Source of the DNA: Flavobacteriales bacterium
GTDB taxonomy: Bacteria; Bacteroidota; Bacteroidia; Flavobacteriales_F; PHOS-HE28
Reading direction: 5' to 3'
Assembly (NCBI GenBank): GCA_041749915.1
Contig: JBGTAJ010000110.1
Location: forward strand, 3,116-67,115
DNA length: 64,000 bases
Shown here: in pieces, positions 56,980-64,000 of the stretch
Position numbering within the stretch: position 1 is the first letter of the stretch
How the letters are laid out: the number at the start of each line of letters is the position of its first letter
Translations under genes and position numbers: made by a program
The notes under the pieces: generated by a model
Seen by the model: the letters and a program-made list of their open reading frames with translations, nothing else
What the model was told of the DNA's origin: nothing
Database searches by the model: none

Positions 56980-57933
56980 ATGTCGCGGATAGTTTTGCCG
57001 CCCATGTCAGCCCTGTCACGCCCCTTCATTGCAGCTGTTTGCACTGTTGTGCTGGGCCTTAACGCTGCCGCCCAGTCCGATACGACTTCCACAGGCGGAC
57101 CTGAAGGAGCAGACCTCTTCGAGGAGCTGGTGGGCACTGAAACCTCCGAGGAAGCCACCACGGAGATCGAACGCGCGGCCTCTGCGGCAGGGATGAACTG
57201 GGACGTGAACGACTCGCTGTCGAACATACCCAGTTACGACATGTATTGCAATTGGAACACGGATGCGATCTTTCTCGGCGGTCGTCCTGATGCCCTTCAC
57301 CACGACACCCTGCGGCTGGTCCTGGGCCATGCCGAATGTGACCATGCCATGCCTTGTGATGGTCATGTGACCTCCGGTTTCGGACCGCGGAAAGGGCGCA
57401 TGCACTATGGCCTCGACCTGAAGCTGCAGACCGGAGACCCCGTGAGGAGCGCATTCGCAGGAATGGTGCGCATCTCCAAATACAACAGCACCTTCGGCCA
57501 CGTGGTGGTGGTGCGCCACTTCAACGGTCTGGAGACCTTGTATGCCCACCTGAGCGCCCGCAAGGTGGTGCCAGGGCAGCATGTGGAGGCCGGCGACCTG
57601 CTCGGCCTGGGTGGCAATACCGGGCGGAGCTATGGCAGCCACCTTCATTTCGAGGTGCGTTTCCTGGACCAGCCCATCGACCCCTCACTAGTCTTCGATG
57701 TGGAACGGGGCCAATTGAAAGCGCACACCTTCGACATCCACAAAGGCACTTTCGCGAGCATCGCCGCCGCCAAGGCCGCTGCCAGTGCCCGCAAGTACCA
57801 CACGGTGCGCCGGGGAGATACGCTCTCGGCCATCGCCCGGCGCTACGGAACCTCGGTGAATGCACTTTGCAAGCTGAATGGCATGCGTCAGACCAGCGTC
57901 CTTCAGCTCGGCAAGCGTATCCGGTACAATTAG
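56980..57933 (+). CDS. M23 family metallopeptidase with C-terminal LysM domain
   Basis: HYGLDL (HxxxD), GNTGRSYGSHLHFEV (HxH), and the LysM segment YHTVRRGDTLSAIARRYGTSVNALCKLNG. An alternative start lies at 57004. Confidence 0.88.
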   Translation: MSRIVLPPMSALSRPFIAAVCTVVLGLNAAAQSDTTSTGGPEGADLFEELVGTETSEEATTEIERAASAAGMNWDVNDSLSNIPSYDMYCNWNTDAIFLGGRPDALHHDTLRLVLGHAECDHAMPCDGHVTSGFGPRKGRMHYGLDLKLQTGDPVRSAFAGMVRISKYNSTFGHVVVVRHFNGLETLYAHLSARKVVPGQHVEAGDLLGLGGNTGRSYGSHLHFEVRFLDQPIDPSLVFDVERGQLKAHTFDIHKGTFASIAAAKAAASARKYHTVRRGDTLSAIARRYGTSVNALCKLNGMRQTSVLQLGKRIRYN

Positions 57934-57937
57934 TCCC

Positions 57938-58513
57938 TCATTTCCGCTCGCTCAGGCGTCGGCTCAGGGAATCCACCAGGTCCTGGTTGTACTGCGGTGA
58001 AAGTAGCAGGTCATCGCCATTCCGAAGGCGTAACAGCACCAGATCATGCCTGGCATTGGGCAGGCGATCGATGACCGTTCTTCCAAGACCTAGCGTAAAA
58101 CTGGTCAACCCGATGTCCACGGTACAGAACCGGGTGAAGGCTCTCGCCCGGCGCCGCAGATCGCGCCATCCCTTGGTATGGATGAGGGAACGCTGACGGA
58201 TGTATTCCCGTGCTCCGGCCCGATCGATCAAGCTGGCATCAGCGATCTCTTCGAAGGGTATGTCCAAGCGGTCCGAGCGGCTGATGAGACTCAGCTTTTC
58301 TCCATTGATCCGGTACGTGCTGCGACCGCTCATGTCCCGGTACAGCGCAACACCGAGTCCGATAGCCAGAAGGGCCAGCAAGGCGATCAAGGTGGCGAAG
58401 CGCCCGGTGGAAGCCGCAACGATGAGACCGATGAGGACAGCAAAGGGCGACATCCACACTACCATGAGGGTGTTGTGCCATTGCCGACGTGTCCTGAAAC
58501 GTGTTTCACCCAT
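57938..58513 (-). CDS. hypothetical membrane protein, possibly bacterial PH-domain type
   Basis: There are two TM helices (MSPFAVLIGLIVAAS, ATLIALLALLAIGLGVAL) and then a soluble domain. The start is uncertain, either ATG at 58513 or TTG at 58558. Confidence 0.45.
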   Translation of the reverse strand: MGETRFRTRRQWHNTLMVVWMSPFAVLIGLIVAASTGRFATLIALLALLAIGLGVALYRDMSGRSTYRINGEKLSLISRSDRLDIPFEEIADASLIDRAGAREYIRQRSLIHTKGWRDLRRRARAFTRFCTVDIGLTSFTLGLGRTVIDRLPNARHDLVLLRLRNGDDLLLSPQYNQDLVDSLSRRLSERK

Positions 58514-58571
58514 GGCCCCGATCACAAAGCTATTGACCACCAGTGGCCATTCGGACAATAGCGGCGTGAAG

Positions 58572-58602
58572 TAAAAGAGGCGGCCCTTTGGGGGCCGCCT
58601 CT
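58572..58602 (-). terminator. intrinsic terminator downstream of tRNA-Leu
   Basis: The minus strand reads AGAGGCGGCCC-ccaaa-GGGCCGCCTCT followed by TTTAC. The stem is 11 bp. Confidence 0.7.
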
Positions 58603-58605
58603 GGG

Positions 58606-58689
58606 TACCGAAGGCGGGACTCGAACCCGCACAACCTTTCGGTTACACGCCCCTGAAACGTGCGCGTCTACCAATTCCGCCACTTCGGT
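58606..58689 (-). tRNA. tRNA-Leu (CAG), class II with long variable arm
   Basis: The hand-folded sequence is ACCGAAG-TG-GCG-GAATTGGTAGA-CGC-G-CACGT-TTCAGGG-GCGTG-TAACCGAAAGGTTGT-GCGGG-TTCGAGT-CCCGC-CTTCGGT-A. The 3' CCA is not fully encoded (CCC follows). Confidence 0.9.
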
Positions 58690-58710
58690 AAGTGGAACAT
58701 TTCCTTCGCA

Positions 58711-58725
58711 GGGGCCGCAAATATA
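58711..58725 (-). promoter_or_regulatory. tRNA promoter: -7 box TATATTTG plus CGGCCCC discriminator
   Basis: The minus strand reads TATATTTGCGGCCCC, 21 nt upstream of the tRNA-Leu 5' end. It is identical to 7961-7975. Confidence 0.55.
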
Positions 58726-58800
58726 GCAGATCATCGGAACGTCCCCCCCTGCCTTCGAAAAAGTGTCGCCCCATGAGTCTTAACGCACCAACAGCGAACC

Positions 58801-58933
58801 ACGGAAAGCACGAAGCCCCCATCCCGAATGAACGGGACGAGGGCGACGTGACTCTTCAGACTGACCTTTGAACTACTTGGACATACCCTGTAACGGGATA
58901 TCCGTGGGAAGGTTCCACCACCGGGATCTTTTT
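58801..58933 (+). ncRNA. candidate small RNA, copy 1 (family unknown)
   Basis: The conserved core folds as a long hairpin. Its elements are CACG/CGTG, a 2x2 AA/GA loop, GCCC/GGGC, a 3x3 loop, and TCCCG-aatgaa-CGGGA. A small hairpin CCC-tgtaac-GGG follows. A terminal hairpin spans 58900-58927 and is followed by T5 (58929-58933). The 5' end is not defined. Confidence 0.35.
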
Positions 58934-58989
58934 CCTCCAGAGCGACGGCAACACCTGTTCTTCCAGGACATGACCGCTTGCACAGGGGT

Positions 58990-59123
58990 ACGGAAAGCAC
59001 GAAGCCCCCATCCCGAATGAACGGGACGAGGGCGACGTGACTCTTCAGACTGACCTTTGAACTACTTGGACACACCCTGTAACGGGAGGTCGAATGGAAG
59101 GTTCCACGATTCCGATCTTTTTT
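58990..59123 (+). ncRNA. candidate small RNA, copy 2 (family unknown)
   Basis: The core is the same as copy 1. The terminal hairpin at 59088-59117 has a different stem sequence but the same loop (AAGGTT) and is followed by T6 (59118-59123). One G-U pair favours the plus strand. Confidence 0.35.
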
Positions 59124-59564
59124 CCTCCGGATCGACAACAGTACCTGTTTTTCCAAGGTCCGACCGCGAGCACCGGGGTACGGAAAGCACGAAGCCCCCA
59201 TCCCAAAAGAACGGGACGAGGGCGGCGTGACTCTTCAGACCGACCTCCGATCCAGTTGGACAGACCTTGGCATGGCGCCCCATCCGCAAGGTCCCATCGT
59301 CAGTTGACCATGTGGAAACAAGGGGTGCGACCACCCCTGTCCATACCAAGGATGCCCCAAGGCAGGATCGTCTAACACGAACCGACACCGCGAGGGACGC
59401 CGCAACCGGAACGCACCAGGCACAGGTACGGGGTGGCATGGTCTTGGCGAACGGAAGACTCTCCCCTCGGAGGGGTATGCTGTAGTTGTCCTGACAAGGG
59501 CTCTGTGGTCCTCATACCAGTCCACGAGAACCTTTCCCCTGCACTCTCGCGTTCAACTTCCCGC

Positions 59565-61013
59565 GTGCTTTTCAACTCCATCGATTTCGCCCTTTTCCTA
59601 CCGATCGTCTTCCTGCTCTATTGGAAGGTGTTCGGAGGCGACCTTCGCACGCAGAACGCGTTCCTTCTTGCAGCCAGCATGGTGTTCTACGGCTGGTGGG
59701 ATTGGCGATTTCTGGGGCTGGTGTTCCTGAGCTCGGTGATCGACTGGTCGGTGGGCATATCCCTGGACCGCACGGAAGCCCCAACCCGCCGAAAGTGGCT
59801 GCTGGCGGCGAGCATGCTGGCCAACCTGGGCATCCTGGGCGTGTTCAAGTACTACGATTTTTTCATCACCAACTTCAATGAGGCCTTCACCCTGATGGGC
59901 CTTCCCATCGGCATCCGCACACTGGACGTGGTGCTTCCGGTGGGCATCAGTTTCTACACCTTCCAGACAATGAGCTACAGCATCGACGTGTATCGCCGCC
60001 AGATCGAGGCGACACGCGACCCGGTCGCTTTCTCCGCCTACGTCCTGTTCTTCCCCCAGCTCGTGGCAGGGCCCATTGAACGGGCCAGTTCCTTGATGCC
60101 ACAGTTCAAACGCGAACGGGCCTTCGTCATCGCTGATGCCTGGGACGGACTGCGCCAGATCCTCTGGGGACTGTTCAAGAAAGTACTGGTCGCCGACACC
60201 TGCGCCAAGTATGTGGACCAGATCTACTCCGCACCCGAGCTGATGAGCGGAAGCACCCTGGCGCTGGGTACCGCGCTGTTCGCCTTCCAGATCTACGGCG
60301 ACTTCAGCGGCTATTCCGACATCGCCATCGGTACAGCCCGTCTCTTCGGCTTCAACCTGATGCAGAACTTCGCATATCCCTATTTCTCCCGTGACATGGC
60401 GGAGTTCTGGCGCCGTTGGCACATCAGCCTAAGCACCTGGTTCCGTGATTATGTATACATACCATTGGGCGGCAGCCGGGGCGGTAAGTTCTTCCAGGTG
60501 CGGAATGCCATGATCATCTTCGTGGTGAGCGGTTTCTGGCACGGCGCTTCGTGGAATTTCCTGATCTGGGGTTTCCTCAATGGCCTCTATTTCCTGCCCC
60601 TGATCCTGGCGAAACGAAACCGGCAAAACCTGGGCATCGTGGCGGAAGGGAAGCACCTGCCATCACTGCGAGAGGCCGGCGGCATGCTGAGCACCTTCCT
60701 CCTGGCCTGCATGGCCTGGGTCTTCTTCCGCGCCAACGACCTGCCGGACGCCCTATCGGTGTATGAGGGGATCTTCTCCAAAAGCCTGTTCACCGTGCCG
60801 GACCACCTGTTCTCCAAGGACCTGAAGGTGGTGTTCCTCAGCCTGGCGGTGCTGTTCACCTTGGAGTGGGTGGCCCGTGGTCGACAGTACGGACTGCAGT
60901 TGGACGGTATCGCGCCGCGGTGGGTGCGCCGGACCATCTACTACGGGGTGGTGGCACTGATCATCGCCTACGCGCCGATCACCACTGCATCGTTCATCTA
61001 TTTCCAGTTCTGA
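59565..61013 (+). CDS. MBOAT family O-acyltransferase (AlgI/DltB-like)
   Basis: (M)LFNSIDFALFLPIVFLLYW starts at a GTG. GISFYTFQTMSYSIDVYR, FPQLVAGPIERA, and the FWRRWHISLSTWFRDYVYIPLGG and GFWHGASWNF motifs (catalytic His region) are present. Confidence 0.88.
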   Translation: MLFNSIDFALFLPIVFLLYWKVFGGDLRTQNAFLLAASMVFYGWWDWRFLGLVFLSSVIDWSVGISLDRTEAPTRRKWLLAASMLANLGILGVFKYYDFFITNFNEAFTLMGLPIGIRTLDVVLPVGISFYTFQTMSYSIDVYRRQIEATRDPVAFSAYVLFFPQLVAGPIERASSLMPQFKRERAFVIADAWDGLRQILWGLFKKVLVADTCAKYVDQIYSAPELMSGSTLALGTALFAFQIYGDFSGYSDIAIGTARLFGFNLMQNFAYPYFSRDMAEFWRRWHISLSTWFRDYVYIPLGGSRGGKFFQVRNAMIIFVVSGFWHGASWNFLIWGFLNGLYFLPLILAKRNRQNLGIVAEGKHLPSLREAGGMLSTFLLACMAWVFFRANDLPDALSVYEGIFSKSLFTVPDHLFSKDLKVVFLSLAVLFTLEWVARGRQYGLQLDGIAPRWVRRTIYYGVVALIIAYAPITTASFIYFQF

Positions 61014-61936
61014 TGGTGCTGCGCTTCCTCCGCCAAAGTGCGCTCAGGGCGCTGCCCATCGTGATCGGTGTGGCGCTTTACGTGGCATGGGGATGGGACA
61101 CCTTCCCGGCGCCACCCATCACCTCCAACATCTCGGTGAACGAGAAGGTGCACCGGGTGGCGCTCAGCGGGCAGCGCAACGTGGACGTTCTGGCACTGGG
61201 ATCCTCGATGACCTTGAACAACCTGTCATCGGGACCGGTGGTGGAGCATTTCGGAACAACCCGCTACGTGAATGCCGGAGCGTGGGGCATCGGCGCGCTT
61301 GCCGTGAGCCGGATGGCACCTCCGCTGGTACGGCACCTTCGACCACGCCAGGTGATCATGGTGAGCAACCTGGTGGACTTCACACCTGTTTCGACCATGA
61401 CGGAAAAGGATTCGGCCTCGATCACAGAGCACCTCCGTTCACCTGGCGGCATCGGGCCTTACCTCTCCCACTGGAACGCGCCCTACTACCTGCGCCAGAT
61501 GAGCGCGAACCGCATCCGTTTCCACGACGCGGCCAACTACGAGTACCTGGGCTTCGATGCCTATGGCGGTGCTGCGCTCAGCGTGCCGGACCAGAGCATC
61601 CATCCCGGTCGCTATAACGAGCCGGTACCCTCAGCGGCAGAGATCGATGAGGACCGCTACGCTGCGTTCAAGGACCTGGCGCAGTTCCTCAGCGATGAAC
61701 ACGTCGAATTCCTGGTGATCTGCTCACCGCACCGCGATGGACTGCGTACTTCCGAAGGGGAAGCGCTCGCCCAAGCCCACGTGGCGCGCCTTCGCAGCAT
61801 CCTGCTGCCCCTGGGCCACCGCCTGGTGGATGCCCACGTGCGCCAGTGGCCGGACAGCCTGTTCTGCGACGCGAACCACTTCGATGGGGAAGGTGCCGAA
61901 CTGTTCACCCGTTGGAGCCTGGAGCAGGACCAGTGA
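61013..61936 (+). CDS. DltD-like / SGNH-type partner protein of the MBOAT
   Basis: The start overlaps the MBOAT stop (TGATG). There is an N-terminal TM anchor and an LALGSSMT (GSS/GDS-like block I) motif. The call rests mostly on context. Confidence 0.5.
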   Translation: MVLRFLRQSALRALPIVIGVALYVAWGWDTFPAPPITSNISVNEKVHRVALSGQRNVDVLALGSSMTLNNLSSGPVVEHFGTTRYVNAGAWGIGALAVSRMAPPLVRHLRPRQVIMVSNLVDFTPVSTMTEKDSASITEHLRSPGGIGPYLSHWNAPYYLRQMSANRIRFHDAANYEYLGFDAYGGAALSVPDQSIHPGRYNEPVPSAAEIDEDRYAAFKDLAQFLSDEHVEFLVICSPHRDGLRTSEGEALAQAHVARLRSILLPLGHRLVDAHVRQWPDSLFCDANHFDGEGAELFTRWSLEQDQ

Positions 61937-61992
61937 TGAGCCGCCGAGCAAGCAGTTCGTCCGTGCACATGCTTTGGGCCGCTGCCAGGCAA

Positions 61993-62032
61993 GCAGAACC
62001 CCCACCCGGCCTCGGCCAAGTGGGGGTTCTGC
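61993..62032. terminator. strong hairpin between convergent genes (no U-tract)
   Basis: GCAGAACCCCCAC-(14 nt)-GTGGGGGTTCTGC forms a 13-bp perfect stem. It lies between the stops at 61936 and 62091. Confidence 0.45.
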
Positions 62033-62090
62033 CTGTCGATAACGTCACTTTGCTATCCGGTACTGAGCGTCATGCATCAGCATGTCTCCC

Positions 62091-64000
62091 TCAGTTCACG
62101 TCGGGCAGATAGCTGTAGAGCTTTCCATAGCGGAGCATCTGCCCGATGAAATCAGAGGGATAGCTCAGCGTCACGTCGGTGATCTTACCCTGCGCATCCG
62201 TCACGGCCTGCATCTCAGGCTGTATGAAACCGGAATAAGGCGCCGTCTTGATCTTCTCCGAACGCTTGAGCACTTCGGCGTGCAGCGCCTGATCGACCTT
62301 CACGCCGTAGTTCTCGACCAGCGCCTTGCCGGCCTCATAGTCGCCCTGGCTCTTGATGCGTTGGGTCTCGCGCAGCAGATCGCCAAAGAGCGTGCGCAGT
62401 TTCTCGTAGTCGCGGATATCATAGTAGGTCTCGCCGTTGCGCGTCACCTTCACGATCACGCTGTCCGCCATGCCCTTCTCATACACCCAGGCGCTCACCC
62501 ACATCCGGTTGCGCATGTGGGCCTCCTCCACATCCTTGCCCAGTTTGATGCGACGCAACTGGGCGAGGAGACCGTTGCGGATGTAGCCGTCGTACTCGGC
62601 CTTGCCCACTTCGAGGCTGGGCATCACGCCCAGTTCCACCAGCTTGGGGTCCATGATGAAGTACAGGGCCACCAGATCGGCGCGGCCTTCCTCCAGGGTG
62701 CTGGCGTAGGTCTTCAGGGTGACGTCGGTTCCGGCGATACCTGGCTCCAGCTTACCTGAGGCATGGCCCACCACCTCATGCAGCGCGGTGTGCAGTTTGC
62801 CGGCCAGGCTGCTGTGCAACTTGGCGCGTTCGATCTCCTCCGCATCGTGGCAGAACACCTCGAGGCTGCTCTGGCCGCTGCTCTTCTCATAGGCCTCGCT
62901 GATGTTGCCCAGGCTCACGCTCTTGCTGCCATGTTCCGCACGGATCCAGTCGGCATTCGGCAGGTTCACACCCACCGGGGTGCTTGGCGCTGCATCACCC
63001 GCCTCACCCACGGTGTTGATGAAGCGGTAGGTGATGCCCACCACGTTCTCCTTCTTGTGCTCGGGCAACAGGGGGGAATTGTCCTCGAACCACTGGGCGT
63101 TCTCCATGATCATGGCCATGTTCCTGCTGGCTTCCGGATCGTTCACCTCCACGATGGCCTCGTAGCTACCGCGTTTGCCGATGGGGTCGTTGTACACCTC
63201 CACGAAACCGAGGATGTAATCCACGGTGCTCTCGGTGTCCTTCACCCAGGCCACGTTGAAATCGTCCCAGGTCTTCAGGTCGCCCGTGCGATAGTAGGCG
63301 ATGAGCAGTTCCAGCGCCTCCTTCTGCTTGGGGTTCTCAGCCACGATCACGGCCTTCTCCAGCCACTTCACGCTCTCGGCCAAGGCTGCACCGTAGAGGC
63401 CGTCCACCTTGTAGACCTGCTCCATCAATTGGCCGTCCTTGCCACGCACCAGGCGACTGTTGATGCCGTAGCTCAGCGGCCGGGGATCGTCCTTCTTCTC
63501 CATGGCGGCATAAAACTGGTCCACCTCCTTCTGGTTGATGTCATCGCCATAGAAGTTCACGGCGCTGGCGAGGATGGGGTCCTTCGTGGCATCCAGGCTC
63601 ACTTTCTTCGCATCCACGGTGGGATCGAAGATGGCCGCGAGCACTTCAGGCGCGAGGGTGGTACCGGTCTCTTTCAACAGCCCTTCAAAGTAGGCCTGCG
63701 AAAAGGCGGGGCTATGCTTGTCGTTGCTGTAATGATGATGGATGCCGTTGCTGAAGAAGACCTGCTTGGCATAGACCAGGAAGTTGTCCCAGTCGGCTCC
63801 ACCACGCTTCACCTTGTCGTTGGCCAGGATGGCTTCCAGCGCGCGGCGGATCGTCAGGTTGTGGCGGTAGTTCTGGTCCCACATGATGTCACGACCGGCA
63901 AGGCCGGCCATGTTCAGGTAGTAGCACAGCTGCTTCTGCTGCAGGCTTAACTGGTCCCAGCCCGGGACCTGATAGCGTAGAACACGAACGTCGGCGAACT
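62091..64000 (-). CDS. M49 family dipeptidyl-peptidase III (5' end outside window)
   Basis: HEVVGHASGKL (HExxGH) and LEEGRADLVALY (EExRAD/E) are present. The frame stays open upstream of the first Met to the window edge (...FADVRVLRYQVPGWDQLSLQQKQLCYYLNMAGLAGRDIMWDQN). Confidence 0.88.
   Translation of the reverse strand, partial: FADVRVLRYQVPGWDQLSLQQKQLCYYLNMAGLAGRDIMWDQNYRHNLTIRRALEAILANDKVKRGGADWDNFLVYAKQVFFSNGIHHHYSNDKHSPAFSQAYFEGLLKETGTTLAPEVLAAIFDPTVDAKKVSLDATKDPILASAVNFYGDDINQKEVDQFYAAMEKKDDPRPLSYGINSRLVRGKDGQLMEQVYKVDGLYGAALAESVKWLEKAVIVAENPKQKEALELLIAYYRTGDLKTWDDFNVAWVKDTESTVDYILGFVEVYNDPIGKRGSYEAIVEVNDPEASRNMAMIMENAQWFEDNSPLLPEHKKENVVGITYRFINTVGEAGDAAPSTPVGVNLPNADWIRAEHGSKSVSLGNISEAYEKSSGQSSLEVFCHDAEEIERAKLHSSLAGKLHTALHEVVGHASGKLEPGIAGTDVTLKTYASTLEEGRADLVALYFIMDPKLVELGVMPSLEVGKAEYDGYIRNGLLAQLRRIKLGKDVEEAHMRNRMWVSAWVYEKGMADSVIVKVTRNGETYYDIRDYEKLRTLFGDLLRETQRIKSQGDYEAGKALVENYGVKVDQALHAEVLKRSEKIKTAPYSGFIQPEMQAVTDAQGKITDVTLSYPSDFIGQMLRYGKLYSYLPDVN

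Larger units (their letters stand above)
58801..59265 (+). repeat. three head-to-tail direct repeats, period 189/190 bp (copy 3 truncated/diverged)
   Basis: 58801-58883 is identical to 58990-59072 (83 nt), and the match extends to 98 nt with one mismatch. Copy 3 (59180-59262) has 9 substitutions and no indels over the same 83 nt. The remainder of copies 1 and 2 is roughly 75% identical. Confidence 0.9.

Noticed and set aside
58811-58845. 5S rRNA-like word CCCCATCCCGAA in the repeat core
   Set aside because: Only about 11 nt resemble the 5S loop B/helix III region. The flanking sequence cannot be folded into 5S helices I-V. No 16S/23S genes are nearby and the unit length is wrong (190 vs ~115 nt).
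58731-59201. 156-aa minus-strand ORF containing an internally repeated peptide (…RYRVCPSSSKVSLKSHVALVPFIRDGGFVLSV… twice)
   Set aside because: The peptide repeat is simply the DNA tandem repeat read in an open frame. The third DNA copy does not keep the frame, and there is no signal or motif or sensible start context. The divergence pattern (invariant block plus compensatory hairpin changes) fits RNA or DNA-level constraint, not protein constraint.
58801-59265. Possible CRISPR array
   Set aside because: The period is ~190 bp with continuous homology (no short repeat/unique spacer alternation). There are only three copies and no cas genes in the window.
62763-63950. 395-aa plus-strand ORF, with similar cases at 28479-29909, 29949-30953, 12810-13811, 45844-46920, 9828-10844, 16750-17349 and 22254-23348
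   Set aside because: All of them overlap, on the opposite strand, genes with strong family signatures. They have low-complexity, His/Arg/Gly/Val-rich translations. They are treated as GC-driven shadow ORFs.
1-64000. Defence island, prophage, integrative element or biosynthetic gene cluster
   Set aside because: I found no integrase/transposase/recombinase, phage structural genes or restriction-modification genes. I also found no Cas, toxin-antitoxin, NTPase/nuclease defence-type architectures, PKS/NRPS or att-like duplications at the tRNA 3' ends. Gene content and tight operon packing look like core chromosome.

Overview
This is a GC-rich (about 60% by eye, not computed) chromosomal segment that looks like a Bacteroidota genome. 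Supporting signs:
- Four proteins end in Por/T9SS C-terminal sorting domains.
- Exact TAnnTTTG -7 promoter boxes sit upstream of many genes.
- The window has Bacteroidetes-type ParE/ParC, a divergent tamB/tsaD pair, an OlsF-like fused lipid acyltransferase and a Thx-like ribosomal protein.

I call about 50 protein genes, almost all core housekeeping or envelope functions: recQ 3' part, fmt, HU, trmH, pdxH, gmhB, LptF/G, two GT4 glycosyltransferases, ribBA, tamB, tsaD, parE/parC, dcp, ychF, split transketolase, an ECF sigma module, an LpxH-like gene and M49 DPP-III. There are several secreted metalloproteases and adhesin-like T9SS cargos. There are two tRNAs, CAU and Leu-CAG.

I see no rRNA, CRISPR array, transposase, integrase, phage gene or recognisable defence system. 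The window reads as core chromosome, not an accessory island.

The one element I cannot explain with known families is the 875-bp non-coding gap between tRNA-Leu and an MBOAT/DltD-like operon (58690-59564).
- It holds three head-to-tail ~190-bp repeats with an invariant 83-nt core that folds well.
- In the first two copies, hairpins plus T-runs are preserved by different stem sequences.
- These could be tandem small-RNA genes or tandem leader/attenuator elements.

Secondary oddities:
- Two Lys/Ala-rich H1-like fusion proteins, Thx-H1 and H1-START.
- Envelope genes translationally coupled inside a parE...parC operon.
- A VWA gene wedged between the two transketolase halves.
- A 15-nt promoter/discriminator motif shared by both tRNA genes and, in a 12/15 variant, by ychF.

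The many long ORFs antisense to real genes are treated as GC-driven shadow ORFs.
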